Assembly (NCBI GenBank): GCA_038206235.1
Contig: JBBRBB010000008.1
Coordinates: forward strand, 36,304 to 100,303
Origin: Chitinophagales bacterium
GTDB taxonomy: Bacteria > Bacteroidota > Bacteroidia > Chitinophagales > Chitinophagaceae
Length of the DNA stretch: 64,000 bases
Direction: 5' to 3'
In this document: one piece after another, positions 37,658 to 46,717 of the stretch
How positions within the stretch are numbered: position 1 is the first letter of the stretch
Layout: each line of letters begins with the position of its first letter
Made by a program: the position numbers and the translations under genes
The notes under the pieces: generated by a model
What the model saw: only the letters and a program-made list of their open reading frames with translations
Told to the model about the DNA's origin: nothing
Database searches by the model: none

Positions 37658-40147
37658 ATGAAAAAAATTTATTTTTTACTTTTTGCTTTCGCTATCTGCA
37701 CAACCATTTCTGCGCAAACTTTACAATCTCCTGAAAAATTCTTAGGCTACAAGATTGGTGAGCACTATACACCGCATTATAAAATTTTGAATTACTTCAA
37801 TGCCGTTGCGCAAGCCGTGCCTCAAATGGTAAAGATTGAAAAGTATGGTGAAACGTATGAAGGCAGAGATTTGATTGTAGCTTATATAGCTTCTGGCGAA
37901 AACATGCAAAGACTCGATGAAATACGAATGAATAATCTTCGTCTCGCAGGGATTGCAAAAGATAATGCAGCAACTGTAACCAATGCGTCTGCAATTGTTT
38001 GGCTTAGCTATAATGTGCATGGCAATGAGCCTTCGTCATCAGAAGCGGCAATGCTTACTTTATTTGCACTGGTTGACCCAAACAATTCTCAAACAAAAGA
38101 GTGGCTAAAAAATACGCTTGTAATTATTGACCCATGTCTTAATCCCGATGGGCGTGAAAGGTATGTGAGCTGGTACACGAATGCAGCAGGCATGCAATTC
38201 AATGCAGACCCTCAAAGCCGCGAACATGATGAGCTGTGGCCTTATGGAAGAACGAATCACTACAATTTTGATTTGAACAGAGACTGGGCATGGCAAACAC
38301 AAAAAGAGAGCGCAGCACGCATAAAAAAATATAATGAATGGCTTCCGCAGGTGCACGTAGATTTTCATGAGCAGGGATATAATGAGCCTTATTATTTTGC
38401 TCCCGCTGCAGAGCCGTATCACAAAGTAATTACGCAGTGGCAAAGAGATTTTCAAACACGGATAGGAAAAAATAATGCAAAATATTTTGATGAAAAAGGC
38501 TGGCTATATTTTACCAAAGAATTTTTTGATTTGTTTTATCCTTCTTACGGAGATACTTATCCCACTTACAATGGCTCTATCGGCATGACGTATGAGCAAG
38601 GCGGAATAAGCGCCGGTCTTGGCATTAAAACAGAGGAGGGAGATACGCTTACGTTAAGCGAAAGAGCGTTGCACCATTACACTACAAGTCTTTCAACAAT
38701 TGAAGTGTCATCAAAAAATGCAGGACAGCTTATCAATGAATTTAAAAAATTTTTTGATGATAACATGCATGATGAATCAACCGAATACAAAGCATATATA
38801 CTCACAGCCAAAGATGCCAATAAAATAAAAGAGGTTACTGATTTGCTCGATGCCAACGGAATTGAATATGGAAGTCCTTCATCAAATACATTGAAAGGCT
38901 ATAATTATTTTACAAATAAAGAAGAAGATTTTGCAGATGAAGGAAACATTCTGGCGGTAAATGCTCTGCAACCAAAAGGGAAATTGCTGAAAGTATTATT
39001 TGAACCCAAAAGCATGTTAAGCGATTCTGCAACGTATGATATTACTGCATGGGCTGTGCCTTATGCTTACGGAGTAAAGGCTTATGGAATAAAAGATAAT
39101 ATTGAATTGCTTCCTTATAAAAATGCTGCTGGCATTACAACTGTTTCTGCGAATTATGGATTGCTGATACCTTATACATCATTCAGCGCTGCAGAATTAC
39201 TAAGCGAACTTTTGCAGAAAAAAGTAAAAGTTCGTTTTGCACTAAAACCTTTTACTTACAACGAAAAAAAATTTGAGAGAGGAACACTGATTGTTTTGAA
39301 AGGAAATAATATTGATAACTGGAATGCGATAACAAATGAAGCCTGTAAGAAATTTAATATTCAGCCCACCGAAGCAGAGAGCGGATTTATGGAAGCAGGC
39401 GCAGATTTTGGCTCACCCGATGTCAGATTAATAAAAGCGCCGCGTGTTGCTTTGCTTACAGGCAGAGAGGTTTCTGCTTCTGCAGCAGGTGAAGTGTGGA
39501 GCTTATTTGATAATAGCCTGCACTATCCCATAACACAATTAAACAGTGAAGAATTGAGTGAATTGAATTTACAACTCTATGATGTTTTAATTGTTCCCGA
39601 TGGCTCTTATTCTTCTTTCAATAATAAAGATGTAACGGATAAGATTCAGAATTTTTTAAAAGGTGGAGGAAAAATTATTGCTATGGAAAATGGTGCAGCA
39701 AAGTTTGCAGGCATGGATTTTACAAACTTAAAATTAAAAGAAGATACATCGGCTGAAAAAGATTCTGCTGTAATAAGAAAGTTTGCAAATTATGAGCGGG
39801 ATGAATTGAGCAACAGCATTCCCGGCGCTATATACAAAGTTGAATTAGACAATACACATCCGCTTGCATTTGGCTACCCTGATTTTTATTACACTCTAAA
39901 GCAGGATGCGCACTTATATAAATATTTAAAGGATGGATGGAATGTTGGCACTATTAAATCTTCAGGTTATGTTTCGGGTTTTGTGGGCAGCAAATTAAAG
40001 CAGCGTTTAAAGGATGGGATGCTAGTTGGTGATATTAACTATGAAGATGGAAATATAATATTGCTTTCAGACAATCCTTTGTTCCGATTATTCTGGCAAA
40101 ATGGAAAATTGATGTTTGCGAATGCAGTGTTTCTGGTAGGGGAGTAG
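37658..40147 (+). CDS. M14-family zinc carboxypeptidase (long Bacteroidota form)
   Basis: Signal peptide; zinc motif YNVHGNEPSS (HxxE); a downstream HEQ-type ligand. Length 829 aa. Confidence 0.88.
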   Translation: MKKIYFLLFAFAICTTISAQTLQSPEKFLGYKIGEHYTPHYKILNYFNAVAQAVPQMVKIEKYGETYEGRDLIVAYIASGENMQRLDEIRMNNLRLAGIAKDNAATVTNASAIVWLSYNVHGNEPSSSEAAMLTLFALVDPNNSQTKEWLKNTLVIIDPCLNPDGRERYVSWYTNAAGMQFNADPQSREHDELWPYGRTNHYNFDLNRDWAWQTQKESAARIKKYNEWLPQVHVDFHEQGYNEPYYFAPAAEPYHKVITQWQRDFQTRIGKNNAKYFDEKGWLYFTKEFFDLFYPSYGDTYPTYNGSIGMTYEQGGISAGLGIKTEEGDTLTLSERALHHYTTSLSTIEVSSKNAGQLINEFKKFFDDNMHDESTEYKAYILTAKDANKIKEVTDLLDANGIEYGSPSSNTLKGYNYFTNKEEDFADEGNILAVNALQPKGKLLKVLFEPKSMLSDSATYDITAWAVPYAYGVKAYGIKDNIELLPYKNAAGITTVSANYGLLIPYTSFSAAELLSELLQKKVKVRFALKPFTYNEKKFERGTLIVLKGNNIDNWNAITNEACKKFNIQPTEAESGFMEAGADFGSPDVRLIKAPRVALLTGREVSASAAGEVWSLFDNSLHYPITQLNSEELSELNLQLYDVLIVPDGSYSSFNNKDVTDKIQNFLKGGGKIIAMENGAAKFAGMDFTNLKLKEDTSAEKDSAVIRKFANYERDELSNSIPGAIYKVELDNTHPLAFGYPDFYYTLKQDAHLYKYLKDGWNVGTIKSSGYVSGFVGSKLKQRLKDGMLVGDINYEDGNIILLSDNPLFRLFWQNGKLMFANAVFLVGE

Positions 40148-40182
40148 CGTTTATCGTTTGTCGTTTGACGTTTATCGCCTGC
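40148..40182. repeat. Heptamer tandem array (CGTTTAT-type) starting at the first nt after the stop
   Basis: cgtttat cgtttgt cgtttga cgtttat cgcctgc. Confidence 0.8.
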
Positions 40183-40193
40183 TCGACAAAGGT

Positions 40194-40452
40194 GTATAGC
40201 GACAAGCTAAGAATTGATTTTTGAGTCATAATAACCATTGCCACGACCTTCAGGTCGTGGATTCAAAATGCATTTTCTTACTTGGCTTTAGCCAAATGAT
40301 TTGTTGGGCTAAAGCCCTTTGTTTCATACATTCTCATCCACGGCTTAAAAGCCGTGGCAATAAAAAAGCCTCAACATTATAACTTCCCAAAGTGCCTACT
40401 TGGCTTCACTTCTAACGAGTTTCATCATAAAATTAACTTGACACCTATGCGA
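40194..40452. repeat. ~260-bp hairpin-rich element B downstream of the M14 gene (related termini to element A)
   Basis: The left end is gtatagcgacaagctaa and the right end is ttaacttgacacctatgcga. Internal hairpins are ccacgacc-ttca-ggtcgtgg, ggctttagcc/ggctaaagcc and ccacggc-ttaaaa-gccgtgg. Confidence 0.55.
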
Positions 40453-40520
40453 CAAAGACAGGGTTTCTCATCCGCTGAATAAGAATTTTTAGCTACCATT
40501 GAATTATAAACAGTACGAGA

Positions 40521-40556
40521 AATAAAAACAAAGCGGCTTGAAATGTAAGCCGCTTT
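40521..40556 (-). terminator. Rho-independent terminator
   Basis: Minus-strand reading is aaagcggctt-acatttc-aagccgcttt followed by a T-rich run. Confidence 0.65.
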
Positions 40557-40578
40557 ATTGTTATCTGCATTATCTTTT

Positions 40579-41991
40579 CTATTGCTTAATAAATTTAATT
40601 GCTGCTGCCTGCTTATTATTTTCAGCCACCATTAAATAATAGGTTCCTGAAGGCAGACGCTGAATATTCCAGCTATATGTTTCAGCAGTGATATTTATTT
40701 GAGCAACTGCTTTTCCTGAAATATCAGTAATCATAAGTGTTGTTAATGTTGATGAATTCAGTCTCTCAATTTTTAAAATATCTTTTACAGGATTGGGTGA
40801 TATTCTTACTATTACTCTATTAATAAATTCTGCAGTTGTAATTTTAGAATAGGTGAAGCTTCCATCCTTATCAACCATTTGCAACCGATAATAAAACTTC
40901 GCTATTCCTGCATTAAAGGCGGCAGCATCGGGGAACCGGTAAGAAGTTTTGTGCGTGCTGTTGCCAACTGCATTCACAGTCCCGATATTTTCAAAATTTA
41001 TTCCATCACGGCTGCGCTGAATAACAAAATTCTTTGTATTGCTTTCGGTTAATGTGACCCAATTCAATTCCACAACTTTATCTTTAAGAGTGGCGGTAAA
41101 GCTGGCAAGTGTAAGAGGCAATGCGCAACTGTTATAAGAGAAGGTGCTTCTTGTAATATTTATCCAGGTGCTTGTGCCTTTGTCCCAATTTTGCGAAATA
41201 GCCACTGCCACTGTTCCGTTGCTGTTATTCATGTAATTTATCTGGGAATTATTTTCCCAGGAAGATGTTGCACTATTCCATGTCTGAAACAATGTATTTA
41301 TTAAGTAATCATTGCCATCATAGGTGTTTGTAGTGAGTTCATTATTTTTCCACTGGTTGCTTTTCCATGTTTCGTTTAGGTCTGTAATTATTTTTTTCGT
41401 GGCGCTGTAGGTATAAGTATTTCTCGATGCATTAGTCCAGTTTTGGAAAATCAGGTTCCAGGTTTGCGTAACATCCTGGTTAACTGTTTTATCAGCGTTG
41501 TACGTATAAGTTATACGCGAAGAATTGTTCCAGCTTGTGAGCCAAATTTGAAAAAGAAGTATATTTACAGTGCCATCAGCATTATAGGTGTAAGTAAATA
41601 AGGTTGCATTTTTCCAATTATTATTAAACCAGGCTTCCGCTAAAACACTGTCTACTGCATTGTTACCGTTATAGGAAAATGTCTCGCGTAAGAAGTTATC
41701 CCACATGCTCGTGTTACTGTTCCAGATTTGAAATAGTGTTTGGCTTACCTCATTGTTTGCATTATAGGTGTAGCTTAAAAGCAAAGTATCTGCCCATGTA
41801 GAAGAGCTTTGCTGCCAGCTCTGAGTTAAAACTGTTGTTACTAAACAAGAACTGTTATAAGAAAAAACATCTCTTGTTGAGTGCTGCCACGAAGTGTTTT
41901 GCCAGGTATCGTTGGTAACAGTATCAACTCTCTGAGAGTAAATAGTTGCAGTAAGCAGAAAGCTGAAAACGAAGAATAGTAAATGTTTCAT
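40579..41991 (-). CDS. Secreted W/N-rich repeat protein (YD-like ~28-aa repeats x9) with T9SS CTD
   Basis: Signal peptide; nine repeats of the form W.N..R.TYTYN..G.V......Q.W; CTD SPNPV...GTYYLMV...IKFIKQ. Confidence 0.75.
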   Translation of the reverse strand: MKHLLFFVFSFLLTATIYSQRVDTVTNDTWQNTSWQHSTRDVFSYNSSCLVTTVLTQSWQQSSSTWADTLLLSYTYNANNEVSQTLFQIWNSNTSMWDNFLRETFSYNGNNAVDSVLAEAWFNNNWKNATLFTYTYNADGTVNILLFQIWLTSWNNSSRITYTYNADKTVNQDVTQTWNLIFQNWTNASRNTYTYSATKKIITDLNETWKSNQWKNNELTTNTYDGNDYLINTLFQTWNSATSSWENNSQINYMNNSNGTVAVAISQNWDKGTSTWINITRSTFSYNSCALPLTLASFTATLKDKVVELNWVTLTESNTKNFVIQRSRDGINFENIGTVNAVGNSTHKTSYRFPDAAAFNAGIAKFYYRLQMVDKDGSFTYSKITTAEFINRVIVRISPNPVKDILKIERLNSSTLTTLMITDISGKAVAQINITAETYSWNIQRLPSGTYYLMVAENNKQAAAIKFIKQ

Positions 41992-42132
41992 AGTAATAAG
42001 TTTTAGAAGTGATGTTTAAAAGAAGTACAGAATTAGGATACTAAGATACATAATAATAAGACAAAAAATTAAAACAAAAAGCGGCTCAGATAAATCGAAT
42101 CCGCTTAATTATTTTGCAGTAATTAGAATTCC

Positions 42133-42321
42133 CTACATAAACAATTTCACAAACGCAATCATTGCAGCCAATTGCCCAACCCAAAAAATAAACATCCATT
42201 TTATTATATCTGATTTAATTTCCCTCATTTCAATCCTTACGTTAGCAATATCTTCCTTTGTTGCTAAATCTGTTTTTTTTTCTTCAAATTTCTTTACAGC
42301 TTTTTCATCAAAATACTCCAT
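42133..42321 (-). CDS. Small coiled-coil protein with C-terminal TM helix (DUF1640-like)
   Basis: The pattern LATKEDIANVRIEMREIKSDIIKWMFIFWVGQLAAMIAFVKL. Confidence 0.5.
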   Translation of the reverse strand: MEYFDEKAVKKFEEKKTDLATKEDIANVRIEMREIKSDIIKWMFIFWVGQLAAMIAFVKLFM

Positions 42322-42441
42322 TATTGTAGAGGCCTCCTGCTCTCCAAATTTGCTTTTAAAGATATCATACGTTTTTAATTCTAATTGTTGACATCACATT
42401 TCTTTTCGTAAAGATAAAAAGATTAAAACTTAAAAATAACA

Positions 42442-42476
42442 TCCAACCTCCAACACCCAACTTCCAACTTCCAACA
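42442..42476. repeat. Heptamer tandem array (TCCAACN; sense to the CBS gene TGTTGGA) abutting the CBS stop codon
   Basis: tccaacc tccaaca cccaact tccaact tccaaca. The next nucleotide, 42477, is the CBS gene stop. Confidence 0.8.
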
Positions 42477-42905
42477 TTATGATTGAATATAGCTATGAAG
42501 ATGAGAGATAGTTTCTTCCTGAATAATGATTGTTTCAGTAACCACATCATTAATAGAAATAATACCTGTAAGCTTATCCTTTTCCATTACCGGCAAATAA
42601 CGCAGGTTGTTTGATGACATTAATTGCATGCAATATTCCACTGAATCATTTTCAGAAACTGAGTGAAGCTCACTCGTCATAATTTCAGAAACGGCAGTGT
42701 CTGTTGAAGACCTTCCTTTCAAAATAACTTTGCGTGAATAATCTCTTTCAGTCATAATGCCTAAAAACTTTTCGCCCTCCATCACTACCACAGAACCTAT
42801 ATTTTTAGCAGCCATCATGCGCAAAGCATCTATTACAGTGGCATTGGGTTCAATGGATGCAATGCTGCGGCCTTTACGGCTTAGTATATCTTTTACTTTG
42901 CTCAT
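42477..42905 (-). CDS. CBS-domain pair protein
   Basis: Two CBS motifs (GSVVVMEGEKFLGIMTERD and LPVMEKDKLTGIISINDV). Confidence 0.9.
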   Translation of the reverse strand: MSKVKDILSRKGRSIASIEPNATVIDALRMMAAKNIGSVVVMEGEKFLGIMTERDYSRKVILKGRSSTDTAVSEIMTSELHSVSENDSVEYCMQLMSSNNLRYLPVMEKDKLTGIISINDVVTETIIIQEETISHLHSYIQS

Positions 42906-43014
42906 GAAAGAAAGGATTTAAAAATAATTTTAGATTCGAAATTTCAATAGTAATTCTACTGTAAATGTAAAATAAATACTCCTAAAATATAATTACAAAA
43001 TTTTCTCAATCCTT

Positions 43015-43150
43015 TACAAACTTCTCACAGAGTCCTGCGGACCAACTGCTGGTCTTCTCACCTTCATCAACTCGTAAATAATAAATTCCGTTTACAAGTT
43101 GCTTAATATCTAAATCATAGTGAACTGCATGAATATTTGTTTGGCTGATT
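43015..43150 (-). pseudogene. Orphan fragment of a T9SS C-terminal sorting domain
   Basis: The reverse strand reads ...ISQTNIHAVHYDLDIKQLVNGIYYLRVDEGEKTSSWSAGLCEKL*. The L.NGIYYLRV pattern matches the CTD ends of five intact cargo genes in this window. There is no upstream body; the fragment runs into the MTase 3' end in another frame. Confidence 0.5.
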
Positions 43151-43157
43151 GTTTTCT

Positions 43158-43742
43158 TTATTGAAAAAGTTTGAGTGTTTTGCGATCTATTCCAATATGT
43201 TCATCCATAAGATTTGAAATGTCAACAACTGCACCATGTTCAATAAATACTTCATAAAACTTTAAATAGTTGTCACCCCAATAAACCATTGCACATGCCA
43301 TTGGTGCACCTTTTCCAACGTCTTGTCCATTTTCAAGAAACCGAAGTCGGGTGTCATATAAAAAACAAATAGCTCTTGCTTTTGTAAAAACATACTTTTT
43401 CCAATGTCCTGTATTTGCTGCAACGGGAACTAATGCTAATACTTCTGAACCATATTCATGATAAGCATGAGCACATCTTGCCAACCAATTTTTTATGGTT
43501 GTACCCGTTACTTTGTCAATTCCATAAGGCGGATTAACATAAATGGTTAAATTATTCCATGTTTCTTTTAAGCCGTCATGTTTAGGAAGCCTGTATTCTA
43601 CTTCTGCTTCCACGATAGAATATTCATTTGAACAAGGGTCAAGATGAATTGTGCCTCCAAATACTTTTTTAACGGCTTTTACATATTTATGAGGTGTGCC
43701 CCAACTTTGGCTTAATGTGTTTATATTTCTTCCTGCACTCAT
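43158..43742 (-). CDS. DNA N6-adenine methyltransferase (phage-Dam-like family)
   Basis: WGTP...HLDPCS and the catalytic motif IYVNPPYG. Length 194 aa. Confidence 0.85.
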   Translation of the reverse strand: MSAGRNINTLSQSWGTPHKYVKAVKKVFGGTIHLDPCSNEYSIVEAEVEYRLPKHDGLKETWNNLTIYVNPPYGIDKVTGTTIKNWLARCAHAYHEYGSEVLALVPVAANTGHWKKYVFTKARAICFLYDTRLRFLENGQDVGKGAPMACAMVYWGDNYLKFYEVFIEHGAVVDISNLMDEHIGIDRKTLKLFQ

Positions 43743-44923
43743 GATAAAATATCTTTCCAGTTTTTGTTATTAAGTTCTTTTAGTTCGTCTTTTAAAATTA
43801 CTAATTCTTTACCTTTCGGAGAAATGACTTTGAACCAACTTTCTATTGCTGCAATGTTCTTACTGAAAAAATCAAGCAGGATGCGGTCTGCATTAATATT
43901 CATTTGAACTTTTGTGAACTGATTTTTCTTTTTATCCTCTACATAGCTTGATAAAAAAACTTTTTTAACAGGCTCAAATTCTTCTGTTGGATTTAATAGC
44001 AATTTTTCTATAAATTCTGAAAGCCCTTGGTCAGTAAGAAAGAGTAACCAATCATAAGATTGAGCAAGCACCATTAATTCTTTCTGAAAATTCTCATCGC
44101 TAAAATCAAATGATCCATTTTTGCTACGCTTTATCCAGTTACCGTGATTACTTACAACTCCTACTGTTAGAATAAAGCGCCTCAATAACTCATGGTCATT
44201 TGAATAAATAACATCTTCCATAAGTTCTATGTACGGTTTCATAAAATACGTATTGTCACTTTTATAAATAATGCCATACAATTCGCCTGATTCGTTTCTG
44301 ATTTTTTGAAGAGAAGATGTTGTTCTTGCTACATAAGCCCCTTGTTTTGCTTTTTCAATTGTTTGAGGTCCTTTGCTCATGCCTTCTTCAACACCAACTC
44401 TTTTACATTCAAATATTGCATAAGCTTTTGAACGTTGTTCATAAATATGTAATTCTATTTCATCATTGTCATATTTGTTTTCCTTTATGCTGCATAATAA
44501 ATACGTGTCATCAGATTTTGTCATGGTATAAGCATTCCGCAAAATGCCAGATTTTGTAAGCAATGCTCTTTCAAATTTGGATGCATATTTTGCAATATCA
44601 AAAATGTTTTCAGTTGTAAGAGCTTTATGAATAACATTACCGGTTATTGTTTTGCCCTTTGTATTAACCTTTATTGTATGTTCTCTGATTACAGGATGCA
44701 GTGAAAATTCAACATTATGAGTTATTGCAGGATTACCATATTCAGCTAATCCTCTTTCAATAGAAGTTTGATGATTAAATCCCCACGTTTTAAGTAAATA
44801 GTAAGTGATGATTTCAATAAACGTTCCTAATGCTCTGCCTGCGGCTTTCTTAGGGTCTTTTGTATGACTGAAAATTTTTTCTGCTAATACTTTTTGAAGT
44901 TTATCAACTGATTCGTATGCCAT
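43739..44923 (-). CDS. Putative type II restriction endonuclease partnered with the adjacent MTase
   Basis: A 4-nt ATGA overlap with the MTase gene. A PD-(D/E)XK-like core, DNDEIELHIYEQRSKAYAIFECKRVG (E-C-K). No other family recognised. Confidence 0.55.
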   Translation of the reverse strand: MAYESVDKLQKVLAEKIFSHTKDPKKAAGRALGTFIEIITYYLLKTWGFNHQTSIERGLAEYGNPAITHNVEFSLHPVIREHTIKVNTKGKTITGNVIHKALTTENIFDIAKYASKFERALLTKSGILRNAYTMTKSDDTYLLCSIKENKYDNDEIELHIYEQRSKAYAIFECKRVGVEEGMSKGPQTIEKAKQGAYVARTTSSLQKIRNESGELYGIIYKSDNTYFMKPYIELMEDVIYSNDHELLRRFILTVGVVSNHGNWIKRSKNGSFDFSDENFQKELMVLAQSYDWLLFLTDQGLSEFIEKLLLNPTEEFEPVKKVFLSSYVEDKKKNQFTKVQMNINADRILLDFFSKNIAAIESWFKVISPKGKELVILKDELKELNNKNWKDILS

Positions 44924-45071
44924 TTAGAGTTTTGTCAAAGATAACTTTTTTGAATTTTGCGAGTAACTCAACAACATTTATCATATTTGTGGAAATTGGA
45001 TATTTAATTCTTCAACTCCCTCACCTCCTCCTCATCATCACCTCTTTCAGCAATCCAATTTGTCTTTTCAG

Positions 45072-46550
45072 TTAATACGCCCTTGCAAACAAAACCCTTT
45101 GTGTTGAAAGCTTTCCGGTAAGAATACATTTTCCATCTTCCTGCTTTGCATTAAGCGGAATGCATCTTACGGTTGCTTTAGTTTGTTCTTTTATTTTTTC
45201 TTCAGTTTCAGAACTGCCATCCCAATGCGCAGAAATAAAACCGCCTTTTTCATCAAGCAATTTTACAAACTCATCCCATTCATTTGCTTCAGTAATGTTT
45301 TCATCGCGGTATTGCTTTGCACGATTGTAGATATTTTGCTGAATTTCATTCAATAAATTTTTTATGTATGATGAAATTCCATCAAGACTAATCGTCTTTT
45401 TTTCTTTTGTATCTCTTCGTGCAACTTCTGCATTATTATTCGCTAAATCACGTGGACCGATTGCAATTCGTACAGGTACTCCCTTCATTTCATATTCAGT
45501 AAATTTCCAGCCCGGTCTGTTATTATCATTGTCATCATATTTCACACTAATGGCAAGCTCTTTTAGTTGCTTCACTATTTCATGCGCCTTTTCGTCTACC
45601 CGATTTTTTTCATCTTCATTTTTATAAATAGGAATAATCACAGCTTGAAGCGGTGCAATTTTTGGAGGTAATATCAAACCATCATCATCGCTATGAGCCA
45701 TAACCAATGCCCCAATTAATCTTGTGCTTACACCCCAGCTTGTTGCCCATACATAATCGAGGTTATTATTTTTATCGGTGAACTTTACATCAAATGCTTT
45801 TGCAAAATTCTGCCCGAGGAAATGAGAGGTGCCTGCCTGTAATGCTTTGCCATCCTGCATCAGCGCCTCGATGCAGTAAGTGTCTTCTGCGCCTGCGAAA
45901 CGTTCATTCGGTGTCTTCACGCCTTTGATTACAGGCAATGCCATCCAGTTCTCCACAAAATCTGCATACACATCAAGTATTAGTTTTGTTTCTTTAATTG
46001 CTTCTTCTTTTGTGGCATGCGCCGTATGACCTTCCTGCCAAAGAAATTCTGCTGTACGCAAAAACAAACGGGTTCGCATTTCCCATCTTACCACATTTGC
46101 CCATTGATTTATAAGAAGAGGTAAGTCGCGGTAACTCTGTATCCAATTTTTATACGTACTCCAGATTATGGCTTCGCTTGTGGGGCGAATTATCAGCTCT
46201 TCTTCAAGCTTTGCTTCTGGGTCAACAATTAATTTTCCTTTTTTATCGGGGTCTGCTTTTAAACGGTAATGCGTTACTACTGCAACTTCTTTTGCAAAAC
46301 CTTCCGCATTTGTTTCCTCTGCTTCGAATAAACTCTTAGGAACAAACAAAGGGAAGTAAGCGTTTACATGTCCGGTATCTTTAAACATTTTATCAAGCGC
46401 ATCACGCATAATTTCCCATAAAGCAAAGCCATAAGGCTTAATTATCATGCAACCTCTTACAGCGCTGTAATCTGCCAGCCCGCTCTTGAGAACAAGGTCA
46501 TTGTACCACTGTGCATAGTCCTCTTTTCGTGTAGTTATTTCTTTAGCCAT
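45072..46550 (-). CDS. proS: Proline--tRNA ligase (archaeal/eukaryote-like class IIa form)
   Basis: Class II motifs ([25 protein letters not shown]). The C-terminal Zn-binding-type domain ends in ..FARAY. Confidence 0.95.
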   Translation of the reverse strand: MAKEITTRKEDYAQWYNDLVLKSGLADYSAVRGCMIIKPYGFALWEIMRDALDKMFKDTGHVNAYFPLFVPKSLFEAEETNAEGFAKEVAVVTHYRLKADPDKKGKLIVDPEAKLEEELIIRPTSEAIIWSTYKNWIQSYRDLPLLINQWANVVRWEMRTRLFLRTAEFLWQEGHTAHATKEEAIKETKLILDVYADFVENWMALPVIKGVKTPNERFAGAEDTYCIEALMQDGKALQAGTSHFLGQNFAKAFDVKFTDKNNNLDYVWATSWGVSTRLIGALVMAHSDDDGLILPPKIAPLQAVIIPIYKNEDEKNRVDEKAHEIVKQLKELAISVKYDDNDNNRPGWKFTEYEMKGVPVRIAIGPRDLANNNAEVARRDTKEKKTISLDGISSYIKNLLNEIQQNIYNRAKQYRDENITEANEWDEFVKLLDEKGGFISAHWDGSSETEEKIKEQTKATVRCIPLNAKQEDGKCILTGKLSTQRVLFARAY

Positions 46551-46717
46551 TTATAAAATTTATGAGTTGTTTTTTGCGAAGTTAGTTTTAGTATTGTGTT
46601 AACAGGACTAAGAAAATGATATTGCTTCATAAGAGTAAAATGTTGTAACTTACATTGTTTCTTAGTTTAAAAATGCTGCAAAAATAATCACTTAAAATAA
46701 TTGAAAAATAATTTAGC

